NCBI GenBank assembly: GCA_050230475.1
Contig: JBFLGF010000095.1
Location: 1 to 56,449 of the forward strand
Length of the DNA: 56,449 nucleotides
Direction: 5' to 3'
From: Ancylonema sp.
Lineage: Eukaryota
In this document: one piece after another, positions 1-10,596 of the stretch
Numbering within the stretch: position 1 is the stretch's first letter
How the letters are laid out: the number at the start of each line of letters is the position of its first letter
Notes under the pieces: generated by a model
What the model was told of the DNA's origin: nothing
The model's database searches: none
The model's input: the letters and a program-made list of their open reading frames with translations, nothing else
Position numbers and translations under genes: made by a program

Positions 1-238
1 TCGAATATTCCCACGAGTCCAGAGTATCAAACAAGAGGAGTCAGATGGAAACAACATGAAAATAATCAGTGTGGTCATCACTCTAAAGTCAAGTGTTGCA
101 CTCAACAGAGGAGGGAATAGAGAAACCATTTTGCTCCAGTTGCAGATTTTAGAGATGTCGGATTGTTTCCAAGTATCCGATTGCTCTATAACCTTTTTTC
201 TTCCCAAGTATAATTTCGAATCAGGAGGTTGGTTGTAG

Positions 239-1846
239 ATCTGGTCCTCCTTCATACACTGAGGAGTGGGTGGAGGAAGTTAAATGGTTGAGAGGTCAGT
301 GCTGAGGCCAAAATACCCTAAAAACGCCCCTTGCAGTATTGAGTCTCTCCCCTAATAAGCCATCTCAAAAGCCAACGCAGCCCAAATTATAATGTGACCC
401 AAACACTTCCATCCCACTCATTGGTTTCCCTTCCAAATCGGTCCAATATCCCATTTCCATTCCCATTTCCATTCCCATTCCCAAAAGGATTCCCCCCCCC
501 CCATCCCCTCGGTTGCCACCTGTCCCATCCCAGGTGACGTGTTCGATGCTGATTGGTCCTCTCTCCTCCCCGGTGTGACGAGTGTGGTGAGTTGCATCGG
601 GGGGTTCGGGAGCAATGAGGAGATGGAGAGGATATGCGGAGACGCAACCATCGCGGCTGTGAATGGGGCGGCAGGTGGGGATGGGGATGGGAGGGGAAGG
701 GGAGGGGTGGGGAGGGGTGGGAGGGTGAGGGGGGAATGGGTAGTGGAAGTGGGTTTAGTGGGTTTAGTGAGTTTTGTGGGGGGGCAGGGTTGTGGGAGGA
801 GTGGATGGGAAGGGTGGGTAGTGAGGATGGAAGGGTGGGGGGGTTGGAGATGAAAAATGGGTGTGGGAGGGGAGTAGGGGCAGGGGGAGGTGGGGAGGAT
901 TGGGGATGGTGGGGGTCAGAGGATGGGAGGATGGGGGATTGCGAGATAGGGGCCAGCTGAATCGGATGGTGGAAAGGGTGTGCAGATTTGTCTCTAGGTA
1001 TATTAGGAGTCAGAAATTAGGTTGTGGTTGTGTTGAAGCTCCACAAGCACATAGAGAGATAGTGTGGCTCTTTGCTCCTCTCGATTCTGATGTGCCTATA
1101 TCGAGGGAGGGATTTCGCAGGTGTGTCGAGATTCATTTTCGTCTCAGTCCACGACTACAACCTCCCCGAATTTGCTCTGAGCAACGGGTACTTTAACGGG
1201 AAAAGGCGTGCTGAGGCTCAAGTTCTGGCCAAGTTCCCGAGCACAGGTGAAGATCTCAACATAATAGATCGAGATAATAATTCGACATAATAATTTTGAC
1301 GGGAGCCTCTCAGATGTCCTGGTATGGTATAATTGTTTTTTTTTTTTTGGGGGGTTTTGGGGGATTGTTTGGGTGTAGTGACCAAAGTTTGTGGCCCAGT
1401 TCCTCTTACTCTATACTTAGAGCATTGATTGTGTGCTCCTTCCTTTGTTGCCGTAATTTTATGTTATGGTATATGGTTTTCCTCCGTTTCTTATCATATG
1501 TTTGTACACAAGGATGGGACGCTGAGATCGTGATGACTTGTTTTGGGATACTGCAGGCGTAGTTTTAAGACCCGGTTTTATATACGGCAAACGACGAGTG
1601 AACACATTCGACATTCCCCTAGATGTGGTGGGGAAGCCCTTAGAGAAGCTTCTAGAAGTTTCTAGAAGCTTCACAAAACCACTAGAGCAGATCCCGGGAT
1701 CGGATTTGTTGTTGGCCTCGCCAGTTAGTGTGGAGGATATGGGGAGTGCAGTGGTTGCATGTATTTTGCGAAAGGAAGTATTTGGTGTTGTGGACATAGA
1801 AGGTATTAAGAGATTAGCCAAATCCGTACCTGATGTCTATGCTTGA
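239..1846 (+). CDS. NAD(P)-binding Rossmann-fold protein, At1g32220-like (plastoglobule/flavin-reductase-related); 5' exons lie upstream of the window
   Basis: GT-AG exons 239-294, 534-674, 1121-1246 and 1557-1846 splice in phase to SGPPSYTEEWVEEVKWLRGDVFDADW...VSCIGGFGSNEEMERICG...FVSVHDYNLPEFALSNGYFNGKRRAE...GVVLRPGFIYGKR...LLLASPVSVEDMG, matching the family motifs. Confidence 0.85.
675..956 (+). repeat. G-run-rich low-complexity intron tract (potential G-quadruplex)
   Basis: Dense GGG/GGGG runs separated by A/T, almost no C, starting right after the splice donor at 675. Confidence 0.75.
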
Positions 1847-3869
1847 CATTAGACACTCAAGGATTCCGGCACTGCAAACAGTGCTGCCCAAGAACAAATT
1901 GTTGTGTTAATATGTGTGTTTCAAATGGTGATGCAAAATGGGTCCCATTGTCGAGCCAATCGACATGAATTGAGCGATTTTGTGTGTCGACCATCCATAG
2001 CTTTACAACATTAGTGTTACAATATTGACATTGTAATAATGTGACACCCACTCATTGCAAGACATTTAAGTAAGTGTGTATGATAAAAGCTCAAAACGGT
2101 ATTGACCGGCAAACCAGCTAGACCTAAGGGTGGAGGTCTTGCTTTCTTCTCTATTGTGGGAGGTGGTCTACATCCGTTTTTTTGGTGTTATTTTGCCACA
2201 ATTCCACACATACAAAATGCAAAAAATTGTGAAATGTTGCTATTATTTTGGGGTTCAAATAATCTCGAGGCGTAGACACCTAGGTTTCTCACATGTGGGC
2301 GCAAGGTACGTACCTCAACGGGATCGTTTTTTGGGTTTATTTCAGATGAATTTCACATGTCAATTCAAAAACCCTAACACGTTGCGCCTCAGAGCGCATA
2401 GATTGCGAAGGTCTAGACCCCGACCGTAAAGTTAAGTTTCGGCCCAACGGGATAACTGCCGAGCATGTAATTCTAACGCAAGTAGTCCCACTCCAATTGG
2501 TTGATAAGATTTCATTATGCGAAGAGTATTGGTTGCAATATGCTAGACATTGTCATAACCTTGGTTGCAAAAAAAATAATGTTTTTCCTGCTGAGCTCAT
2601 GTGAGTCGGTACCAGGCCTCTATGAAATGTGCGTGACACACCATGCCACCACACCATGCCATGTCCAACAGTGGATCATGCACATACTATTGGCGTCCCA
2701 AAGGTGTGCTTACTATGAGAAAATGCTCTAAGTAAAATGAATTGAGCGAACGTTGCGATGACCGTGAGGAGCACGTCTTGGTCGGGGCACTTGAGAATGA
2801 AAGTTTCAATAAGGTTACTTTTACTTCACACACACTCTTCATCTTGAAGTGTTAGAAAACGGTCTACATTGTGCGAAAAGTCGATTCACATCTCGTACAT
2901 CCGCCTTATGTGTGTTTTACAATACCCTAACTGAACTAGATAGCAAATGACGCTTGTGACCTGAACACAAATCATTTTCGAAGTAATCTAGCAATCCCAT
3001 AGGTGTTTCGTCATCCCATAGGATGATGTTCAAAAGATGATAAGCACCATTCATGTCGATCACCACGGCCTTATCCTACTTGAAAGAACAAGAGTTGTAC
3101 CTTAGCAACCAAAGTCTTCCTAGCAATAATATCAAAGTATCTCCTATCAAAAATTGCTTCCTCATTATTGGTAAACTTTTCGTGAAACTCCTCGAACTTT
3201 GCTCACTTCGTAGAAAGTAAATGACCTAGTCATGAGGACCTACACATCTCATCGACATCCTCTTGTTGAATAAGATACTCAATGACATATTAGTAACATA
3301 TTATTGTGATCCAGAGGAGGCCAATGACCCACACCCCTCGTGTCCGAGATGTGAGACATTGGATTGCTCTTGATTTTGAGTATCGATATCGAGGCGGTAA
3401 GCTCAAAAGCATATCATTCATAACGAATTTAGGACCGCCACTTGCCATCTATTCCCCCTCTCATCGACCGCTCATTTGGATGTTGTTGTCGTGGAACCCT
3501 TGTTGGTACGGACCCACTGCAAAGGCGAGGAAAAAATGTTTTCAATTCAAGGTGAACGAATAACACATATATATTCTTGAAAGCACGCACTAGTAATTCC
3601 GGTTGATACCCTCTGAACTAAGCCATCCAAACTCCAGGTCCGTATCGATTTAGTGCCCAACAACCGAATTTGGTTGTTGGGTAACCAAATTTGTGAAGAT
3701 GTTTGTGTAGTGGTGTAGTGGAGTATAGAATCATCTATACAAACTTAGATTTGAGAGTTGAACCTCCTAAATCACTCATGCAAGTGAGCAACAACATTGG
3801 ATGCATGGATTGAAATATGCCTATCATATTCATCTAACATTCGCTTCCCTATCACCACCAGCTTGACCT

Positions 3870-5567
3870 TCATTCGTGTGCCAATCTTCCACACCTCCCT
3901 CTCCTTCCTCTCACATCATCCTCCCTCCCTTCCCATCCCATCCCATCCCATCCTTTCCCTCCCCAACCCCACCCTCCTCCTGGCCCCCCAAGCTCACCTG
4001 CCTCCCCCTCCTCTCCCCCCAAGCTCCTCCCAAATGATCTTGTCCTCAGCACTCCAAACCCTCCTCCCCTCGTACCATTTCCCCCCCTCTTTCCACAGCA
4101 CTGGCATAGCAAGAAGAGGAGGAGGGCGAGGAAGAGGAGACCTCCTATGCATGCCAATATGATCCCGATCACAGCCCCTGTATTCAGTCCTCCACCCCCA
4201 CCTACTTGTCCTCCTCCGATGGTCAAGATAGCAGGGTTTGCGTTGATGTAGGTGCCGGATATAAGCTCTGATAGGCAGGGAGGAGAGGGAAGGGAGATTG
4301 AGGAGAGGCGTATTAGAGGTCCAGACACACCCCGATATTATAAGTGAAAAGTGAGGAACTCTTCACTGATCGATATAAAAGCACACAAGGCGTTTATTAC
4401 ACCCCCCCTGCCCGTCCCCTCACTCCTTCTTTTCCAAATATCCCGTATTCCGTATTTGATAGGGATGTGTTTCGACGTTACCTGCTTCGACTGTGGACGC
4501 GTTTACGGGTGAGTTCCTGATGACTTCATACAACTCGAATCCACTGAGGATGGGGTTATAGGTACTGCCATTCGCTTTCAGGAGGCCAAACATGAACGTG
4601 TCCTGGACGTAGTTGGGAGGGAAGTGAAAGGGGATTTCGATGGCTGTCGCATTGAAGAGTCCGACCTGGGCCGCTATATCGAATCCCTCTCCGACCTGGC
4701 TAGCGTCCCCGTACGAAGCCAGGATGACATAAAACACTCGCTCCCCAGGCTTCACAGTCCCATCTATCTCCGCAAAATAAAGGTGCAGCAGCCACTCATT
4801 GCTGGGGCTGACAGGAGCGATATTACTAATGCCGAAGGAGGTTGTGTTCTTCTGTGCGGCCACTCCCTGTCGTGCTGTCTGAAACATCTCGCAGGGAAGA
4901 TAATTAGGGGCTGCTGCCGGTCCACAGCTACTGATGGCCCTTGTGGTGGAGATGGGCATGTACGGCACAGCGGTCGCGTCCTTGTCGGGTAACCAGGATC
5001 GATACCCGAGGTCGGTCGGGTAACCGGTTATGGACGGGCCACCCCCGTTTAGTCTGACTGCCAGATTCAGAACCACGTTCTTCCCGAAGTAGGAGGCCTC
5101 ATAGGCTTCCGTGTCCAGCGGATAGACTGCGATGCTGTTTATGAAAGGAGTGCCCTGGGATCCGAAGAAACAGATCTGGAGAGTGGTGTTTGCATAGACC
5201 AGGTAGTCGCCGAACACATACGGCTCTGTGTCGTTTTGGAGAGCTGAAAAGTCCACGAAATCCGACTGGGTGGAGTCGAAGAGCACTCCGAAGATAGGGG
5301 GTGCGTTCAGACCGTCGTAATTTTTGTAAGCCCAGGTTAGGCGAACCAGGAAGCGACCACTAGGGACGGGGATGTGGTAGCAAGGATCGGTGCCGTTAGG
5401 GAAGGCACGGAGGGTTGCGATTTGAGGGGTGGCGGATAGGCCGTCGGCATAGGCGGTGGTGATGTTGTGGGATGACCCTCCTGCAAAGTATTGATCGATT
5501 CCCCAAGATGAATTCGTGACTGTGTCGAAGGTCGGCGAAGCGCTGCCACAGTCGATGAGGATAGGCT
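3870..5567 (-). CDS. Malectin-like-domain single-pass membrane protein with short Gly-rich tail and no kinase; start codon and last exon uncertain
   Basis: Exon 5567-4482 reads EPILIDCGS...ATLRAFPNG..CYHIPVPSGRFLVRLTWAYKNYDGLNAPPIF...GTPFINSIAVYPL...RLNGGG..DLGYRSWLPD...LHLYFAEID...RVF...PILSGFELYEVI, a tandem malectin-like fold. The next exon, from 4267 (phase 1), encodes TM segment GAVIGIILACIGGLLFLALLLFLLC. Confidence 0.8.
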
Positions 5568-6453
5568 CTGATGTGAATGGAACAGAGGGGAGGGAATGGA
5601 TTAAAAGAGAGCAGGGAACTTGGAGGAATCAGGAATCGGCTGGCAAGAATTTGCATGTGCTGATGCGCCACTTTCTATCTCCGAATACATGTGTTGTATT
5701 TGAGCTGTGGATGGTGGAAATTATGAAAGAAAATTGAGTAGATTCTGATGAAGATTCATGGTATAGATGGTCGGCATTGGTCTGCATCGCAAGATTTACA
5801 GCGGGTACCTAAACATGTCAATCCAAACTTCACAGTTTTTACTTGGTGGACAGACATGCAGCGCCATTGCAATGCCTCTGTACCCTATGAAGTACGACTG
5901 CAGATCAAGGAGCTCATGCAAATTGGTATTTGAGAGGCTGCCCGCCCCTGTTATGCTTTTGACGGAAATGGACATCAGGAAATCAAGCAACTAGACACTA
6001 GACTGGCCACCCAGGAATATTTTATGGTTCTCACTTTTAATCGAAAGAAATGACAGGACAGTGTGTGTCAATGCTGAAAAGAATGCCAGCCGCAGGACTC
6101 CGCGACAAGTTGAAGCCATCTGGCGGGTGTCTGGCAAGCAGTGTCTCTACGTACAAAGTCCACAGTTAGTATTGGAGCAGCGATAGCGTCTTCGGGTTAG
6201 GTCTTGCCGAGAGACACGAGTGTCTCAAAAATTACGGTAGGGGAGCAGGAAATGCAACCTGTCAGAGGCAGCCTTGTTGTTCTCTTTCTTGTGTGCGCAA
6301 ATTACACAGCGTGCCACGACCGCAAGCGTCATCGTCTCTCCCCAAAGTTGTATCCGACTCGCGTATCCGACTGGCGTCAATCGACCGTGTCTGGATCGTC
6401 TAATCAGTCGAGATCCATTTATAACGAAAAACCACATATCGTTCGTTGCTGAA

Positions 6454-8302
6454 ATGACGGCAGAAGAAAACCAGGGGGAAAAGTGAGCAAAAAGCACGTG
6501 TACCAGAGAGTCCGTGTCCCTGATCCTGGCACGAGTTCGCGGGCGGCGAGTCAGGTTGAAATCGCGGTGACATACAGGCGTGCACCTTCCCCTCCATCTA
6601 CCGGCTCTAAGTTGGTAGAGGAGTGTCCTACCACCCTGATCACCTCACCCTCACCACCTAAGTACTGTATCACTGACCCAAATTCTCGCAGACACTCTGT
6701 GATACGCGATAGAGTGTTTCACAGTCCACACATTGAGGACAAAGGTATAGAAATGGAACCGTACGATGATCGAGACCCGCAGCATGTGCAGTCTGCTCCA
6801 GATCCGAAAGGACTTAGAAGAGACCTCTCGCTCCAGACGAAAGGCCCTATCATTTCAAGTTCTGGGGTACCAGGAGGTCTAGCGCCAGCGACATCTTCGC
6901 AGATGCAATTTCGAGGAGACCATCTGCATTTATCTGAAAACTATGGAGTTTTGAAAATGCTGAACAAACTTGGTAAAGCTATTATCTTTCCCAATTCGGT
7001 GACTGTGAATACGAACGGAATGTGTGACGAGGCTGTTGCCCTGTATTTATGCGCCTCATTGTTTCAATTTAAAATTTAAAATTTCTTTGGTGCTGCTCAT
7101 TTTAGTGTGGCAGAGTAACTAGACAACTGTATTTAAATGTAGACCAGTGCATAGACCTGGTTAATTTAATTGAAAAGAGTTCAGATTATACTCAATAACA
7201 ACTCATCCAGGGGTGTATGAAGATTGCGATTTGTCTGAGCGATGGAGACTCCGCAACCCTTACCACTGCATCAGCTGATGCATAAAGTGAGGGTGTATGC
7301 AGGAGACAATGAAGTGCATTTCGCCGATAAGATCATGAAGATAAATCGTGGGAACGAGATGAGGAAACGATTGCTTGTTATAACGGGGACTAACTTCTAC
7401 ATCCTGGATCCGGCTTCATTTAGATGCAAACGACAGATTCCTCTCGAGACTATCAACGCCTTGTGTCTCAGTGAACTGAACGATAATTTTTTTGCCGTAA
7501 TCGTTGCATCAGGCAACGATATGCTGCTAGCTAGTAGTAGGAAGACAGAGATAGTGACGGTGCTTCATACGGCCCTGAAATCTCTACGCCTCGACCTAAA
7601 TGTTGAGTTCACAAACAGGTAAGATCTCCCAAAGGAATCCATCCCACCGTCCAGATATTTCTTGATGAAGTAGGTCTTGTGTACCCATTGAAGTGAGTCT
7701 TGTCCACAGATGAGAGTAGCACAGATAAGATCTCATATATATTATCATCAATGCCTCATCTATATTCCGGTATATAACTAGTTCTATTCCTAATCCTGTA
7801 GTCCTTCAGATGACTCCTACTTTCCTCAGATGTATATAAAGTGAAGGATTATTTTGCTGCTGTTGCTACTGACAAGTACAGAATATTATTCAAGAGGGCG
7901 TGTTTTGTGCTTCTTTCAACTGTAGCACTCATGTTTTCTTTCGCTCATTATTGGTTGGTTGGTTGGTTGGTTGGTTGTCGATTCAGCTTCACATTCACGT
8001 TCGATTCAGAAACAGCTCGAGAGGTACAGCTTCATCAAATCAATGGTAGGCTTTTTGCCACCCTTTTTGCCACCCTAACTGCTGCCCCGAGTATGTGCAC
8101 ACCAATGTCTGACTCGCCAATCATTATGGATTTATGATTATCACATCGATATCTGACAGTACTGCTGCCTCACGGATGAAGTAGATGAATGTGACTTCGA
8201 TCGATCGTTTTCTTAAAGAGTGAAGGAATGTAATCTTTTGCAGGTGGTGTGAGTGCTCGAATCACGGATGTAAATCTTATGGATATTGGGGAGGCACCTT
8301 AA
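6454..8302 (+). CDS. Stand-alone myosin tail homology 1 (TH1) domain protein; start uncertain
   Basis: Exons ~6454/6483-6972, 7303-7618, 7987-8045 and 8244-8302 give FRGDHLHL...GDNEVHFADKIMKINRGNEMRKRLLVIT...LSELNDNFFAVIV...DMLLASSRKTEIVTVL...EFTNSFTF...GGVSARI, a TH1 signature. Confidence 0.85.
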
Positions 8303-10596
8303 CTGATTTACTACATCGAAGAGATATTTGAGATCTCCATAGATACTTGGAACAATGTCAAATTAATTGTACAAAGTTGTCAGTTGCCAGTTCTTTAAAT
8401 CTTGTGCATACCATTACTGCAATCTGTTATACCCTCTTTCTTGAATGCCCCACTCTCACTCAATATCATTATCGGCGTTGCTATTTGTCACGGCGTTATC
8501 TTGTCCAATGTGTTTGAGAGCATTATCTAACCCAATTTCGGTTATTAAGTATCTTGATACTTTAGTTTATAGTTGCCCAAAGCCCCCCTTCAAGAAAGTT
8601 GAGTATGTCGAGGACCCCAATTTATACAAGGTGTATAGATAGGAATGAATCAAGATTTGTGACGAATCAAAAATCTGATAACCCAAAAAGATTCACATTT
8701 CTTCGACTTTTCATGTACAATGAATATTTCTCATCTTAACATGGATCCACACGTTCTTACTTCCATTTTCGTGCAAAAAGGTGCATGTACATTAAAGGGA
8801 AAGGGTGCTTGTATTCCGAAATATGATGGGGGCCCCATCTGATTACAAATTGGACATTGGTTGTTTCTTACAATCATGACAGGGTACAACTAGCATTGAT
8901 GATAATGCGCATAATGACCCACTAAGCCATATCACATCGATGAAACGTAGTTACAACCCCTGCCAAACGTGTACAATCACTAGCTCGACCTCCCCCCTTT
9001 CTTCCTCCTTCATGTCTAGCCCCTTGTGCCACTCGAAAATTAATTAGGCCGCTCTAGATCTCTTCCTTAACACAGTGTGAGTGAGAATATACATTGGTAG
9101 CCTATTAGGCTCTCCAACGGATTTGTTGTTTAAACCGGGCAAAGTGGAACAAGCTCCTATCGCTCACGTGCTTGAGCTCCATTTACCAACACCAGGAGAG
9201 TCACAACCACACTAAAAAGCTCGAAATACTTGCCTCTATGCTTTCTTTGGGTTCTTTGGGTTTCTTTACAATTCATAAGGTTGTATGTCTGAAGCCATGG
9301 ATTTGATGAGTATGTCGCTCATTTGTGGCGGTGCCCCATAAATGCATGCTTTGCCGCACTCTCAGTGAGACGCCTCTAGGTGTATACATTGTAGGAAAAT
9401 AATTCAAAGCATTGGTACTTCATCCAAAGCGTGTGTTTCCAATGCATTATTTTTTCGATGATTTGTGGTGAGGTCTTACGACAAATTTGATCATCTTAGG
9501 ATGAGATAGGCTAAGGTGACTGTCAAAACTGAAATGTATAGGTGTTGTTTGGACAATCGACGAGGATAAACTCGGGGACGAAAATAAAGCTCGTGATGGG
9601 ACAAGGTGTGGAGAGTAGCAGCGTGGATCGTCTACCACACTCATGTGAGGGATAGAAATAGCAAGGAATGGAATTAGGAATAGAGAGTTGCAAGTTTTTG
9701 CGTGGGGGTTTATTTGGTTAAATTACTCTATGATCAGCCGGGGTCGTAGCTGGAAATTATGGCATTTTGTCTAGGTGGGGGTTTCATTCTAGTTTCCGCA
9801 GCAATCCGTAGTCCCTTGGTGACTTTTAAGTGAAACTTAAAACGAAGCATCCTTGACCTCGTACATCAACTTGTATTGGTTCCTGCCCCACAAATATAAA
9901 TCACCAATCCAATTATCGCTCATTACTTTAAGTTGCAAAGCTCTCTCTCTTTGCAAAATGACAAACTCTGGGTTCTCAAATAGTGACTTATTTAACTATT
10001 ACGTGGAGAATGTAGAGGACACGGAAGGTCGGTTGGTTCGAACTCAAAAAGAAAATGGTAATGAATATTGCTCATTTGAGATATTATTAGAAAAGCAAAG
10101 AAATTGTTGAAACACCAAGGGATGACACAAAAGTTTCAAAATCCCAAATCTCCCGAATGCTGAAATTTGCAATTTGTTTGGTACATGCTCACACTCGACA
10201 CATGAGCGAGCTCATTTCGCATGTTCTCATTGTGAAAAAATCACACTGTCATGTTTTTGATGTCACATAACTGTTTGAATGCATTGCTGCGAGATTCACG
10301 ATAGCAAAACCATTATAGAGTCCTCGAGTGTACAGTTACATACACCAAAAATATAACAAAGGTGAACTAACTTCCCTTTGACAAGCTTGTTGAGACTAAC
10401 TACACGATGAGAGTCTTGTCTTCCTTGCAACACAAAAAGACATCATCTACTCCGATAGACCTCAATGCCACTCCTCTATGACAAAATGAAACCACTAAGA
10501 GTCTCCGGCACCAAGCTGTATGGATACACGGCATTTTCAAATATGGGTGGAAGGCTTTTTTGAAAAAAATGAAGTAGCCTTGAGATCAAGGGGCCT

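Noticed and set aside
539..1196. Gly/Trp-rich ORFs
   Set aside because: Read-through of a G-rich intron of the At1g32220-like gene.
8400..10500. Intergenic block with short ORFs, possibly TE remnants
   Set aside because: I could not identify TIRs, LTR pairs, TSDs or transposase/RT motifs by eye.
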